Part shown: one piece after another, positions 47,701 to 60,558 of the stretch | Layout of the letters: each line of letters begins with the position of its first letter | Numbering within the stretch: the first letter of the stretch is position 1 | Assembly: GCF_036321535.1 (NCBI RefSeq) | Contig: NC_087458.1 | Location: 14,074,001-14,138,000, forward strand | Direction of reading: 5' to 3' | DNA: 64,000 nt | From: Camelus dromedarius | Lineage: Eukaryota | Position numbers and translations under genes: made by a program | Notes under the pieces: model-generated | Database searches by the model: none | Seen by the model: the letters and a program-made list of their open reading frames with translations, nothing else | Told to the model about the DNA's origin: nothing

Positions 47701-49171
47701 GAAGTTTGGTGACTTTCCCGAATGTTTTCACATTCATTATCTCACTGATTTCACATGCAAGTGGAGTGAGGTCCGCCCTAAACGTCAGCCTGAAAAATCC
47801 TCTGCCCCTGTTTGCAGCTGCCAAGTTTCAAGGACCAAACCAAACCTTCACCTCAGATCCTTCTGGCGACAGCAGGGCCTCCACTTGCAGGTGCTGTCCC
47901 CGTTCCAAGCAGCCCAGTGTCCTCGCAAGGACGAAGCCACCCTGTCTGGTTCTGGGCCAGCTGCAGCTCAGAGCCAGGTAGCACAAACACTCCGGGCTGC
48001 CATGCTCCCAGGAACACAGAAGGGTGTGCCCCAGAGTTCAGCCAGAGTCTCCAGAACATCTGGGCAGGGTGGGGAGGGAGGAGCGGAGCCACTGGGGTTT
48101 GGAGTTCCTTCAGCGTCTCATCTTTCTCCCCACTGGGTAGCAGGCTTTGCTTTCACCACTGACTCACTCCCAGGCACAGGCAAGTGGTTTCAATCTGGCT
48201 GCATCTTTCCCCCGGAGCCTCGGGGCAGAGAGTATTTCCCACCTCCTGAGACAGTAGGGCGTTAATGAGAGGGCTCTGCGTGCACCTGGCAGAGCTTCAG
48301 CTGGATGAGGCTGGCCATCACACAAAGGGAAGAAATACTGACCCAGGCATGAAAAGTCAGCCCTGGAAGGAAGGGACTCCGGGCTCAGCGAGCCCCACCT
48401 TCCACCTCACAGATGAAGGGGCCCCCAGGCTGGAGCTGCTGCCCCACGCCGTCTTCCTTGGTGTTCAGACTTACACGGCAAGCCCTCCGAGGGATCTCCC
48501 TGTCCCAAGAAAAGTCTTGATTTTTTCTCCTCACAAACTGGCCCCCGTAGACTTTCCTAGCTTCTTTTCTCCCTCTCCCTTGACTCCAGGCACTAAGTCT
48601 CTGCTCCCATCAGTGAGTGGCCCAGACATTGCCCGGCACACCCCTGCGCTCAGACAGGCTGTGTCCTCAGCCAGGAGAACCCCCAGCCCCTCTTCCTCTC
48701 TGGCCTGTTGAATACCTACCTCTTATGCTCTCGGACAGGTAATTAGCACTTCCTCTGGGTCCCTTCACAGGCTGTTTCGCATTTATCACATGATATGACC
48801 AGTTTTTCTTCAAATGCCTGCCTCCTTCACTGGAAACACACACATCTGTGTCCTATGGAGTTCTGTGTCCTCAGAGCCTGGCAGAGTCAGGCTTTGCTGA
48901 CAGATGCGGAGGAAGGATGGAAAAGGCAGATACTGATGGGGTTCAAAAACCAGGGAATAAAAACGGAGGCAGGGAAGCCGTCCTCCCATTCCCCCAACCC
49001 ACAGGTCTCCCGACATCTCCCAGGTATTCGGTTCTTGTATCCTCCCAGAGTTGCTTTATGTACTTAAAAGAAAACTCAGATAGAGATCTGTAACTCTGCC
49101 CTTTGTAATCCAAAAGGTAATACTACTTGACACTTTTTCCCCACCAAAAACCTCGTTAAATCCTCCAAAAT

Positions 49172-49437
49172 TTTTTAATCATTTTTTATTGACGTATAGT
49201 CAGTTTACAATGCTGTGTCAATTTCTGGTGCACAGCATAATATTTCAGTCGTACATATACATACATCTATTCCTTTTCATATTCCTTTTCATTATAAGTT
49301 ATTATAATATATTGAATATAGTTCCCTGTGCTGTACAGTATAAACTTGTTGTTTATTTTATATATAGCAAGTTAGTATCTGCAAATCTCAAACTCCCAAT
49401 TTGCCCCTTCCCACCCCTTCCCCCAACTCCAGTAACC
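49172..49437 (-). mobile_element. L1 3'UTR fragment
   Basis: TTTTTTATTGACGTATAGTCAGTTTACAATGCTGTG...CTCAAACTCCCAATTTG; same subfamily as 26476-27019. Confidence 0.9.
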
Positions 49438-49967
49438 TCAAAATTCTTCATATTCATCCTGTCTCCATTTAAATCTCCAACCTGTAGGTTTAAATATCCA
49501 CGAAACTAATTAAACCACACATTTAATAAAGTTACACTACAGATGCAGCTTGGTTTTAAAAAGGGTTGCGTTCCCAGGAAACCATGCAAAGATCACACTG
49601 TCATTAAACCCATCACATTTTTGGTGCATTAAGGGGTAGGTTATTTACAGATATCCAGGCATAATTCTTCTTATCAATCAGGAAATCGTACACGAAATAT
49701 GTCTGAGGTTCAGAACACTTCAATTTGTTAGAACCTAAAGGCACATTCTAAAGAGAATGAGGTTCTCAGTCTCCCACAGAAACTTGTTCAAAACCTTTAG
49801 GAAGGGAGCCAAGAGCTCGGGCTGGTCCCCTGGCCCACGGGATGCCAGGGACAGCGTCCGGCTGGTACATAGCTACGTGCTGGAATCCCAAGGGAGCGGG
49901 AAGCCCCTTCAATGAGTTTAGCTCACAGTGGTACCACCTAACGATTGAACTGTTGAAGACTGTAAAT

Positions 49968-50295
49968 CAGGGGTCCACCAAGTCTCACATGGGCCCAACC
50001 CAGCTCGCTGTCTGTTTTCGGAAAACTTGCAAACTCAGAATGATTTTCACACTTAAAAATAATTTCATAAAATCAAAAGGAGAATAACATTTCATGACAC
50101 GTGAAAATAATGTGAAATTTAAGTTTTGATGTCCCGAATAAAGTTGTATCCGCACACAATTGCTCTCTTGTTTACTGCCTCCGGCTGCTCTCACACCACG
50201 ATGGCAGAGTTGAGTAGTTGGGACAGAAACACTATACTCACAAGTCTAGACTATTTACTATCTGGCCCTTTATGGAAAAAGCTTGCCAAGCCCTG
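49968..50295 (+). mobile_element. MER58B (hAT-Charlie)
   Basis: CAGGGGTC...ATCAAAAGGAGAATAACATTTCATGACACGTGAAAAT...GGCAGAGTTGAGTAGTTG...TATTTACTATCTGGCCCTTTA...CCCTG. Confidence 0.9.
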
Positions 50296-50607
50296 TTTTA
50301 AAAGCTGTTTCAAGACCCAAAGCAGACGACTAGGTGAGATGGGCTTGTCTCGCTCAGCTTTGCATCTCTGTACCTGGACAAACAGGCAATTAGGTTCTTT
50401 GGGAAGTGGATCCAGATCTCAGTGGTGAGACTTTCACTCCTTTTGAAGAAAGGCATCACCACCCTGAACCAGCGCTGAGCGCTCCCTCATCTGCACCAGG
50501 AAATCAAACTGACCTTTCTCAGCTGGTCCTTCCTGGAGTTCAAGGTGAGCAGGTGAAGTCACCAGTCAGCTGCAGGTCACATCACCCTCCTGCAGAACTG
50601 CAGGTTT

Positions 50608-50621
50608 CCACAAGAGGGCGG
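50608..50621 (+). promoter_or_regulatory. CTCF core motif (forward)
   Basis: CCACAAGAGGGCGG matches the CCASNAGRKGGCRS consensus. Confidence 0.6.
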
Positions 50622-52178
50622 CCGCTCTCCTGTTTGCAGTTTCTCCCATGGCCTCCCCAGCTTTGGAGAGCAGCCCTGAGACCTCAGTGCCTTGCCAGAC
50701 TCCATGGAACTTTCTCTAGGTTGACGGTCAGGAATGGGCTGTATTCCTGTGCAGGAACCCACATAAGCCTCCTGGTCCCAGGCAGCTAGCATGAAATCTT
50801 GGTGGTAGATCATCAAACCTGTTAGTCTTAAAGTGTCAGCAATTTACAAAAAAAAAATAAATAAAAGGGAAGAAAAAAAAAGAATATTGGTTGAGTCTCT
50901 CTCACACCTCCTTGCCCACTGCAGATCACTTCTGCTATTCCAGTCAAGCACATTGTACCAGTGTTTAGGCTCTTGTCTCTCACTTCTAAGCTCAGCCTTG
51001 CGATGTTGGGGCCAGGACTCTGCAAACCACATTTCTGTTTCCCAGATGATTCCATGTTAGGTTCTGCCAAGTCAGGATGGTGGAAGAAGGGATTCACTTG
51101 GTCATGGAATTTTGCTTCTTTGGGCTTCTTTACATCTACCTGTTGCTCTCAGGGACACCCTAGCAATGCTTCCTCACCCCAGGAGTAGCAGTGTCTCCCT
51201 TTGAGAGCAGCTGAATCCAGTTTGCATCTTCTCCACACAGCAGAGCTAGCTCCCTGGTGTCCCTGGTCCACTTCAGGGACACTCACACCAGCTGGCCATG
51301 CCCCATCCTCAAAGGTCTGGGTCCCAGGTCCGCCAGGCTTCTCTTTCAAGGTCTTAAGTTTTATAATTCCAACTTCTTCCCTTGGTCGTCAGAGCTCTAT
51401 GAGTGGTAGGGCCTCCGGCAATTGCTACATTTATGATAAAATATTGTTCTCTTCCTGCCTCTTCAGTGGCACAGTTAACAAGGTGATGCCTAGTTAACTG
51501 TTCTTTATATTAAATTCTCACTGTTCAAGCAACTGAGGTGGCTTCTGCTTCCTCACTGGACTCCGAGTGATACATCACTCTTCTTTGGTCTGAAACTAAT
51601 GAGACATTTAACTGTGATTATTGGATCACAGATCATCATAGAGACCCCCTGAAAAATTCAGTCTATGAATGCCTGTTATGCAACTACGTGGGAAAGACAC
51701 TGGGCCTGAAGCTGAGAAATGGGCACCACTGATTGTCTTAGGACCCTCCACACTGCCTGGGACCATAGCTCTCTCTGCCCTGTCCATCAGGTGGCTCTGT
51801 GATTGTGCCTGGGGGCCGAAAAGGGGAGATAAAGACTGCAGATTAGCTGGCTTTTGTCCCTCTTGCCTACTCCCACCCAGCCCACCCAAACCCACCATCT
51901 TGACAAAGGAACCCAGAAAAATGAAAGTACCCAGTGCCCCACAATGGCCTGGTGAGAGAGAGTTAAACTCTCACTTGAAATTTTTTTCCAGTCTGGCAGA
52001 GGACCCTAATTCTCAGACACGACTCCTTCCAGGCAGCACCATGAGTGAGGAGAGAGAAGCACCTTGGGCAGGGAAGAAGGGGACACAGCACCCCCCATTT
52101 ACTCAGACTTGACTAAACATGCCTGGTGATTACCACTTAAGAAAGAGGAAGAAGAAGCTTAATGCCAGGAGTGGATTT

Positions 52179-52272
52179 TTTTTTTTTAATTGAAGTATAG
52201 TCAGTTACAATGTGTCCATTTCTGCTGTACAGCGTAATGTCGCAGTCTTGCAAATATATACATATATTCATT
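52179..52272 (-). mobile_element. Extremely 5'-truncated L1 (~95 bp) with TSD
   Basis: Poly(T) plus AATTGAAGTATAGTCAGTTACAATG, flanked by CAGGAGTGGATTT (52166-52178) / CAGGAGCAGATTT (52273-52285). Confidence 0.85.
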
Positions 52273-52712
52273 CAGGAGCAGATTTTATAGCTGATGGGAT
52301 CTCAATAAAGTTTTTTTCCAGTGAAAAAGTAAAATAAACTTTAAAGTAACAATGCTCAATGGCAGATTTGGATCTGTGCAGGGGGAAGAGTGGCAAGAGG
52401 AGGCCGGCAGGGACTGAGCAGGCAGAAAGGGAAGTCATGGTCCATGTGTCTCTACTTAAAACACAGCTGGGCTCTTTGCAGAGCAACTCCATCAGTGCAG
52501 TCAAAACCCTCTCTTTAGGAGCCACTGAAATGACAAACTGCTTGCTGACTGTGGATTTAGAAACCAGAACCTCCTCAGCTGTCATTACTGGGAAGCACAG
52601 ACCCAACCAAATGACTTTTCTGGAATACCTTGTAATGAAATTTTTGCCCCTTCTTTCCCAGAATGCCCCCCACCCAGGTTCCAGCAGCACCGGGACATTG
52701 CTGTGAACTTGA

Positions 52713-52726
52713 GTGCCCCCTAGTGG
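52713..52726 (-). promoter_or_regulatory. CTCF core motif (reverse)
   Basis: Minus strand TG-CCACTAGGGGGCAC-TC, a near-ideal CTCF core. Confidence 0.75.
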
Positions 52727-54429
52727 CAGATAACTGCAAAGGCATGAAGGTCATCTTCCCCGCTTCCGTGCCCACTGGGGTGCACCGCAGCATTGAAGGT
52801 GAACGCGACTTTACCCAAATCCTTATGTTGTCTTTCCACATTGCTATGGAGTTAAGCAAGTTTCAGCATCTTTATCTCCCTCTGCTTTCTGATTTTTCTA
52901 TCTAGCTTTCTCCATTTAGTGGCTGCCTTGCTTGACCCCTCAGTCCCCCTTTTGCTGGAAGGCTGCATACTTAACCTAGACAAGCCTTGGCTCCTCAAAC
53001 TACCAGGCGCAGCTCTGGGGACACTGATGGGAGCGGTTGTATTTGGAGGGAGTGGGGTGGAGATGCAGAACAGGAGTATCCTCCAACTCTCAGACTTTCT
53101 GGTTTACAGGCCCGTACGGAGACAACCAACCCAGGGACTATGCCACTGAAACTGCATTGGGCAAATCATTCCAGGTCCACTCTTCCAGCCGACCTCAGGC
53201 TCCGAGATCCTGGGACCCAAGAAGTGAACTGGTCAACCACTCTTTCCTGTTCTGAAGAGGCGTGTGCCTGGGTGAACACAACCCATCCCTGGCTGACTTA
53301 GGTATGGATCCCTATTTCAGGAATTCATTTCCTAATGAACAGTAAGAATTCAACTCCCTTTTTTAAGCCTCCTACCCAAGAAGTTCTGGGGGAGGCAACT
53401 GGTCCTTGAGCACCTCTCCGATCTACCTCTGCCCTCTTTTCTCCCTCCTCACTCTGGCTGTCCGAGTATTGGGTGCAGGTGTGTGCCGTGGCCAGATCAG
53501 GGTGGGGTGGACGTGGTCGGGGCTGAAAGGACAGGAAGTACTATAGGTACTTGTCTCCCCTGGCTCTTGTTCCAGTGTCAGCTTGTTAGGAGACCACTTG
53601 GAGACCTGAATACAGCACAAATGCCTTCTCTTGAGACTGTCTTACTTCTAGGATGGCAAGTACAAGGCCTCCCTTCCAGCCCACATACAGACACATAACA
53701 AATTGATGGCAGCAGTGAACTGATACTCAGTTCAGCTCTCTGCTCCGCAGAGAGCTCCAAACAGCCACTTCAAAACAGCTGGATTTGACCAATGAGATAA
53801 AACCTTCTTGCTGATCTTGGCCTATTTTAAAACATAAATGTGTGATTTATTGTCATCTGGAACATGCACTGTTCCAAATCTGAGTTCTAAATCTGCTTAA
53901 CTATGGCTTTGGAGATATCTCAAATCCCTCCCTACGCTTTTGAAAGTCTGAGTATATGAATTCTTTCAATATGTTCATGAACATGATCTCACCCCAGGGC
54001 CTTTGCACTTGCTTCCCTTCATGCCTGTCCCGTTCTTTCCCTGGAAAGAAAGCAAAAGTGAATTACTGGAAAGTCCAGACTTTTTAAGTTGTTAATGAAA
54101 TACACTTTTATTATTATTTTCCAATTCGGGGGCACTCTCCTTATTCACCATTCAGACACTAAATATCTCAGTTTAATTCAATTCAACTGCCAAGAAAAGC
54201 CACAAACCCAGAAGTAATCAAAGAGTCCTTCAGGCATCAGCAGCAATGAAAATATCCCAAAATAGCAGGAAATTTGCTGAGATTCGGTTATTTCACTACC
54301 CAAACCAAAGTGAGATTCTTATTGACTGCCAACGCCTAGAAAGTGAAACACTGCCAGCATGCAAGTCAAGAACAAGAAGAAACAGATATAATAATAATGA
54401 TAATAACAATAACATCAAACAATATTAAC

Positions 54430-54570
54430 AACTAATATTTATGGGACCTGATATAGGACATGCCTTACTCCGATTACCTCACATGGATTACATAGATAAT
54501 CCACATAACAACCAAATCAGAGAGGTAGTATTATTATCTCCATTTTACAGATGAGAATACTGAGGTGCGG
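54430..54570 (-). mobile_element. MIR
   Basis: AGGTAGTATTATTATCTCCATTTTACAGATGAGAATACTGAGG. Confidence 0.8.
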
Positions 54571-57500
54571 AGAATATAATGATGAAGGGAACAAAAACAG
54601 AACAAAGGAATCAAATTTTAGACAGTTATGACTGCAGAAGTTGAAATGCCAACTTACATTAGGAAATACTGTCAATCAGAGGAAATGACAATGGGGAACA
54701 GGGGTGGCCAAAAGGGAGGAGAAGTTGCGTACATCAACTACAGAAAGCTGAGAGGGGGACATGAGTGTCGGGACCCCTCTGGGGGCACCGCTGCTCTGTT
54801 GGACAGATAATGAGTCTCTAAGTCAGCCCTCTCCCATTTAAACCTCCAGAGTGATGACTGATGCCAGAGGGTACCCAATTTGTTAGAATTTTCATAAACC
54901 AGTCATCCAGAATGTCACTTGTCTAGAATGCCTCACCTAGATGTGTTGATAACTCTAGTTACTGCAGGAGCTGCTTTAAATTTTCTGATTGTTGTAACCA
55001 GCCAGCACATTTATTGTATGCAAAGAGTACATTTAAAATGCCTTGAATGTTAATTACTTTTAAGTGATTTAAGCAATCTCCCAGAATTTTATTCTTGCTC
55101 TTTATCTGCATTTCTAGTGTGTGAAGGTGGATTTCACGTGGGCACATTTCTGGAAACGATCCACCAGTTCTGAATGCAAGAGACACTGGGGGTGTGTGTG
55201 TTTCTCCTGCACACCTGGGCCATCCAGCATCCTTTGACAAGAACTGAGATCCGGTCTGCGAGCAGGAACCATCCTCAAACGTGAATTTCCCCACCGCTCT
55301 GGAGAAAGCAGGGGCAGCGGTGAGTGGTAATTTGGAGGCTTAGGGCATGACAAGTCGACTTTTTCCACTATACATAAAATCTGTCCTCACTCAGCCTGGA
55401 ATTGGAAGCAGGACAAGTGAAACTCTGTACGTTGCCATGGTTCTTTCCAAGTTGTTCATACAGAGCTGATGGAACATACAGGCTACGATTCCTTCAAAGT
55501 GTCCTAAACAATCCCCAAAAGAAACCCTTTCAGCCCTTACATCTGGTCCAGGGCATGTCAAACATCCTCACCCAGGACTGCATTCTTTCCTCCAGCTTTC
55601 TTTGAGTAACCTGTAAGGCAGCTCAGTAATTATTTCTATCCACAAGTTAGTCTCAGTTGTTCCCCTAATTTATGATGTGGCCCCAAGGTACCCCATGTAA
55701 GGCAAGCCCCTCACCCACATATATCACAAGTGCTTCAACATCAGGGCAGACCCCAAGCCTAAAATGTATCCGTTTGCTCTTGGAGGACACAGGTAAGAGC
55801 AAACCATGTCTGCAGTAAGACGGGGTCGCTAAAAACAGCAGGAGCCCACCCGGGCCTCATCAGTTTCACGTGGAACTGGAAACTCCTCTCCAATCACAAA
55901 GCACGACTTCGGACTGGTCCTCCCACCATCGCCTACCCAGTGGAGCTAAATCAAGCCGTGGATATTCTTGGTTGCTCTGGTAACCATGTACACTGATGTT
56001 CTCTAGAGGTTTGTGTCCCCTTTCAAGCCCTCTTCCCCTTAAGGACTGGAACTTCGGGTGTCACTGCCCTTTCCAGTAGCAGATGGCCTTTGCTCTCAAA
56101 CACGCCAGACCCTAGCTCATTCCCCAGAGTGCTGCTGACTCCCCTGGTGACCCTCAAAGTTTCCCAGCCTCCAAAAGGCAGAGACAGACGGAGACCCGTT
56201 TTCGGGCTTGGTTTACAGCTCACGCTGGCAAGGTTTTGCGTCATTCCAACACTTTTGCAAATAATGTCATCCCCTAAGGTTAAACTTTGAGTTAGGACCA
56301 CTTAGGATGGGTTTTTTTCCCCCTTCCACTTATGTGAACACCATTTTTTCCATGTACATGTGCTACCTTCAGAAAGAAAAACATCTTTCCTTAATAAAAA
56401 GTCGTATATAGTGTTTAGCTTTGATATGAGCTAACTCCCTGTGCATTTTAAAGAGATTTTCAATGGTTTCTTCCAAGTCAGTGTCATTCAAAAGCTGATA
56501 TTTATATTTAACAAATTGACCCATTTACTCGGAAGATCCATGATTCAGCTCTGTCATCAGACTCACTCCTGTCCACCCACCTAAGAGGGAAGGGCGGCGT
56601 CATCTCTCCCCCTCCTGGCTGGCTGTCAGTCACCTGCAGGGCGAAGCACACAGGCCTCAGACTTGGCGTGTTCTGTAAATAAAGCTCCTGTGGGAAATTC
56701 TGTAAGTTCCTATTTTCCCCCATTCTGGGAGATTCACAAAGGCCAGACACAGTAATTTCAGTTTTTAGGTGAGAAAACCCAGCTACTGGGCATGAAATCC
56801 CCCTGGATTTCCCAGTTACATGAAGTACTGACAGCGGGTTCCATGTTCCCATCTTTTAAGACTGACCCCCTGGGCCGTGATCATCTTACAGATTTCCCAA
56901 GCTCCCTGTAGAGTCGTCATGGGTGAATGCCATCAGCCGACAGGAGAGGGACTGAAAACGTACTCCATGAATGCTCACAAGTTAATCACCTTCCAAAATG
57001 AAGTTACACAAATGGATCACAAGATAAGCCTGGGAACAATCAGAGCATATTTCCTTTTATGTCAATCACAGTAGCAAAAATCTCACCTTTGTTGTACTTA
57101 ACCTGACATTGCTGGGATGTTGCAGCCATCCTCCGTGCTGAAAGGAGAGAAGAGGAGAGGGGACCATTTGGGTTAAAGGTCCTCTCATCCCACTCACCTC
57201 ACCCACTGTAATTGCTGGTCATGCCTACGTGCCCATTCAGTAATCAAATGGTCGTGGGACACTTTCTGTGGCTCTGAACAGTGCTGCCCAGTGGTCTGCA
57301 AGGTTGCCTCGTGCCAGCCCCTGTCTTTCCCCAAGCAGCCTACAGACTGCTGGGAGAGACGGCCGAGGAAGGCAGAGGTTTCAGAACAGGGCAATGGATG
57401 CTCTGAGATAGACACAGGTGTGACAAAAGCACAGAGTGATGCCTTAAAGTAAGATCCAGCCAGATGTGCTTTCCAGTCATTCCGAAGTGGCGTGGAATGA

Positions 57501-58084
57501 TGCCCTCAAAGAAAGTGGTCGTGGAATTCTTGAAACTTTACCTTCTAGTATTTTGCATTAAATCCCCTTCCATGGTATTATAGCTGCCCTATATGTCTAC
57601 TAAGTGAAATTTCATAAGCCTATTAGGCAAGGCTTTGTAATTTTGTGGGTTTTTATCGTGCTTCGTATGCCATGGCTTTTTAAAACATGAAATGTTTGAT
57701 TTGGTCTGCCCATACTATTGAATAAATAATCAATGGGAAATAACCATCATAAAATGTTCCAAGACATGGAAGCATGCAAGTCCACTGTCAGAACAAGCCA
57801 GCAAGCAGAGCTTTACAAAGAATGGACAAAAAGAAAATCGCCAGTTGCATCCGTCATACTCAAGGTGCTGTTTTCAAGGTACTGCTTGAGCACACTCATA
57901 CTAACCATGAGTAAAATTAAAAAGTAGTACTTGTTTACTGCAAATCACAGTATTAGTAGCGCTTACGAACAAGTCTCCCAGAATTTGAGTTTGACAGCAA
58001 AGCTACCTGTAAGTAGGGTGGGTTCTATCTCTCACATGTTACAGACAGGAAACTGAGGCTTGGGTAAGTGGTTGATATGCCTTG

Positions 58085-58400
58085 GGAGCGGGGGGTGGGG
58101 GTGGGGGGTGGAGCTGAGCCCCGGCCTCTCCCCTCTGCCCACCGTGGTGGCCGGGCCTGGGCGCAGTGGCCGGCGCGGGCGCACCGGCCTCTCCCGCCCC
58201 GCGGGGCTGGAGCGCTGCGGGGTGGAGCCCCGCGCCGACGGCTGGCGCTGGTCGGCCGGACTCGGGGTTCCCCGGGGGCGCTCGGGGGCCCCGCCTTGCT
58301 GGCCCAGCCGCTCAGCCCTTAGCACGCGGCGTTAGATAATCCCCGGGACAGCCAAGGCGCTTTCCCAGCCAAACCACAGGGAGGGGACGAGGCCGGCGGA
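58085..58400. promoter_or_regulatory. Small orphan CpG island about 18 kb upstream of LMX1A
   Basis: Abrupt ~300-bp CpG-dense block in CpG-poor flanks; no recognisable coding peptide. Confidence 0.75.
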
Positions 58401-59383
58401 GGGAGGAGGCTGGGAACTGTTTGTTGTTGCTTTTTCTGAATTCAAAGAAAACCAGGGAACAGAGGGAAGGAGGGAGCAAAGTTCAAGGGAGAATCTGGCG
58501 AGTCACCTTGGGCAGACCCCTGGCCCACTTCCAGAACTCTCTCTTGGAAGGGGTGAGGCTGCCGAGTGTGTGATGAGTGCTCAGTGAGTAGTCATTGTGG
58601 ATGATGGATGACTGGTCTGGAATCTTTCCACACCACAAATTTGTTCCTCTGCACACCCAGGCAACCAAGAAGCCAAAAGAGGGGATGGGGGGCGGGAATC
58701 TGGGTGCTGCCTTGACTGCAGTTTCTCTCTGCTGCTGGCACCGGAGCCTCCCCAGCTCTTAGCCCCGCCCTCCTGCATCCTTTTCGACTCCACTCCTTCT
58801 TTTCTTTCCCTACTCAGCCGGACTGGTCCCTGGAAGCAGCTCAGATACTTTTTCCTCTCCAAGTGAGCTCTCACACTCCCAGTCCGAGCCCAGCCTCCCC
58901 AGGCAGAGTTCAGTGCAAAAAGTCTTCTGGCTAGAACTAGTGAGGCCAGCCTCCCTGCCTCCCTGCCTCCAGCCTTCCCTCTGCTGTTCCCCTCCCCCCC
59001 CACCGCACAGCTGCCAGAATCGAGTTTCCGTTCCCTGGTTTTGATCATGTAACATCCCCACTTGGAGGATGGGAGTCAGTCCCTGTGGCCTTATAGGTCA
59101 AGTCTCAATTTCTAACCGTGAGTATTCAGGTCCACCCTCATAGCCACCATCTTTCCTGCCCCCCTCTTCCCTCCAAATTCTTCCAATGCCAAATTCTTCA
59201 GATTATGCAAAATTTTATAGCCACTCCCTCCCCTGCCCCACCACTTAGTCATTCAGCAAGTATTTATCCAGCATCTGCAAGTGATGGGCTGCAAACGCAA
59301 TAAAGAACAAGAAAAAAAATCACCTTCAGCCTCACAGACCCTACAGCCAAGTAAGCAAGACAGTTGAACAAGAAATGAAATTT

Positions 59384-59499
59384 GGAGGGGTGGGGGAGGG
59401 GTAGGTCGAGAGCATAGCTCAGTGGTAGAGCGTGTATTTAGCATGCGTGAGGTCCTGGGTTCAATTCCAAGTACCTCCATTAAAAAATTTTTTTTCAAA
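59384..59499 (+). mobile_element. tRNA-Ala-derived SINE (camelid Vic-1-like)
   Basis: A box TAGCTCAGTGG (59415-59425), B box GGTTCAATTCC (59458-59468), AGC anticodon remnant, A/T tail, and 14-bp TSD AAGAAATGAAATTT (59370-59383) / AAGAAATGAACTTT (59500-59513). Confidence 0.88.
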
Positions 59500-60179
59500 A
59501 AGAAATGAACTTTTCTTGCTCCCAATTGCCAGTGAAACAACATAGCTCATATTTAAACCTGAACACAATTATGTGAAATAAACCAACAAACAGACATGCT
59601 CAGCTGAAAGACCGAAAGAGATAAACCAAAATAGTTGCCCCTGGACAATTAGGTATCGGAACAGGGTAACTATCTCCTTCCTTCTACTTTTAGGTAGCTT
59701 CTACCATTTCACTACTGATCAGGTATTAATTTTATAATAATAAACAGACCGTTTTGTGATAGTAATTATCAAAAAATAGAAAATAAAGGTAAGAAATTAT
59801 CCTTTTCTGATTAAAAAGGCCATGTCATTTCTTTTAAGAAAACTCTGAAACCACAGAAAGCATAAGTAAGAAAATAAAACTCATCCACAATTCCAATATT
59901 AACACACAAAGAGTATCAACATTAAATTTTGTTATGACCTAACCACTGTCATAATTTTTTCATAAAATTAAGCTCACCTTGCGCACAATGTCACAGAACG
60001 ACTTTTTACTTAACGTATTATATTTAGTTTTTCTTGGCATTGAAGGGTTCTGCAACAGCATTAGTCATGTTTTCAAAATATATGACATATGAACCATAAT
60101 GGGTTTAATCAATCCTTACACATAAATCATTGTGCTTGTCCCTAAAGGGGAAGAGAATTGCAGAGGTTGGAAAGAGGCT

Positions 60180-60380
60180 TTTGACTCACTCAGACATGGA
60201 TTCAAATCCAGGCTTTACTACTAGTCCACTGTAACGTTAGGTAAATTCACTCAATTTTCCTAAGTCTTATTTTTCTCACCCACCACATGGTGATAATAGC
60301 ATCCTCTGTACAGGATTCTTGTGAGAACAAAATAAAACAATGTGTTGAGATTGTTGGCTATGCCTGCATCTCGGTAGTTG
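60180..60380 (+). mobile_element. MIR
   Basis: CAGACATGGATTCAAATCCAGGCT...AGGATTCTTGTGAGAACAAAATAA. Confidence 0.7.
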
Positions 60381-60558
60381 GTAGCTCTGGTTATTTCCTT
60401 GGAGTACATTCCTAGAAGTCAAACTTTTGGGTGAAGCGGTTTGACTTTTCTGAAGTTTTTTGTGACATACTTCCAGGTTGCACTATTTAAAAAAAAAAAA
60501 GTGTATAAATTTCATTTAAAGGAAGAAGGAGACAGGGAGAAATGCTTAAAAATCGAAC

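Noticed and set aside
47687-48711. Adjacent 192-aa and 148-aa plus-strand ORFs
   Set aside because: No recognisable protein family; begins in an L2 remnant and runs through GC-richer unique sequence.
39780-58285. Weaker CTCF-like matches (~39782, ~40628, ~41530, ~54775, ~58270)
   Set aside because: Each has three or more mismatches, or an indel, in the informative 5' half of the core.
59408-59479. Possible functional tRNA-Ala(AGC) gene
   Set aside because: Acceptor and anticodon stems are disrupted, there is no T-run terminator directly after the head, and it has a TSD and tail, so it is a SINE.
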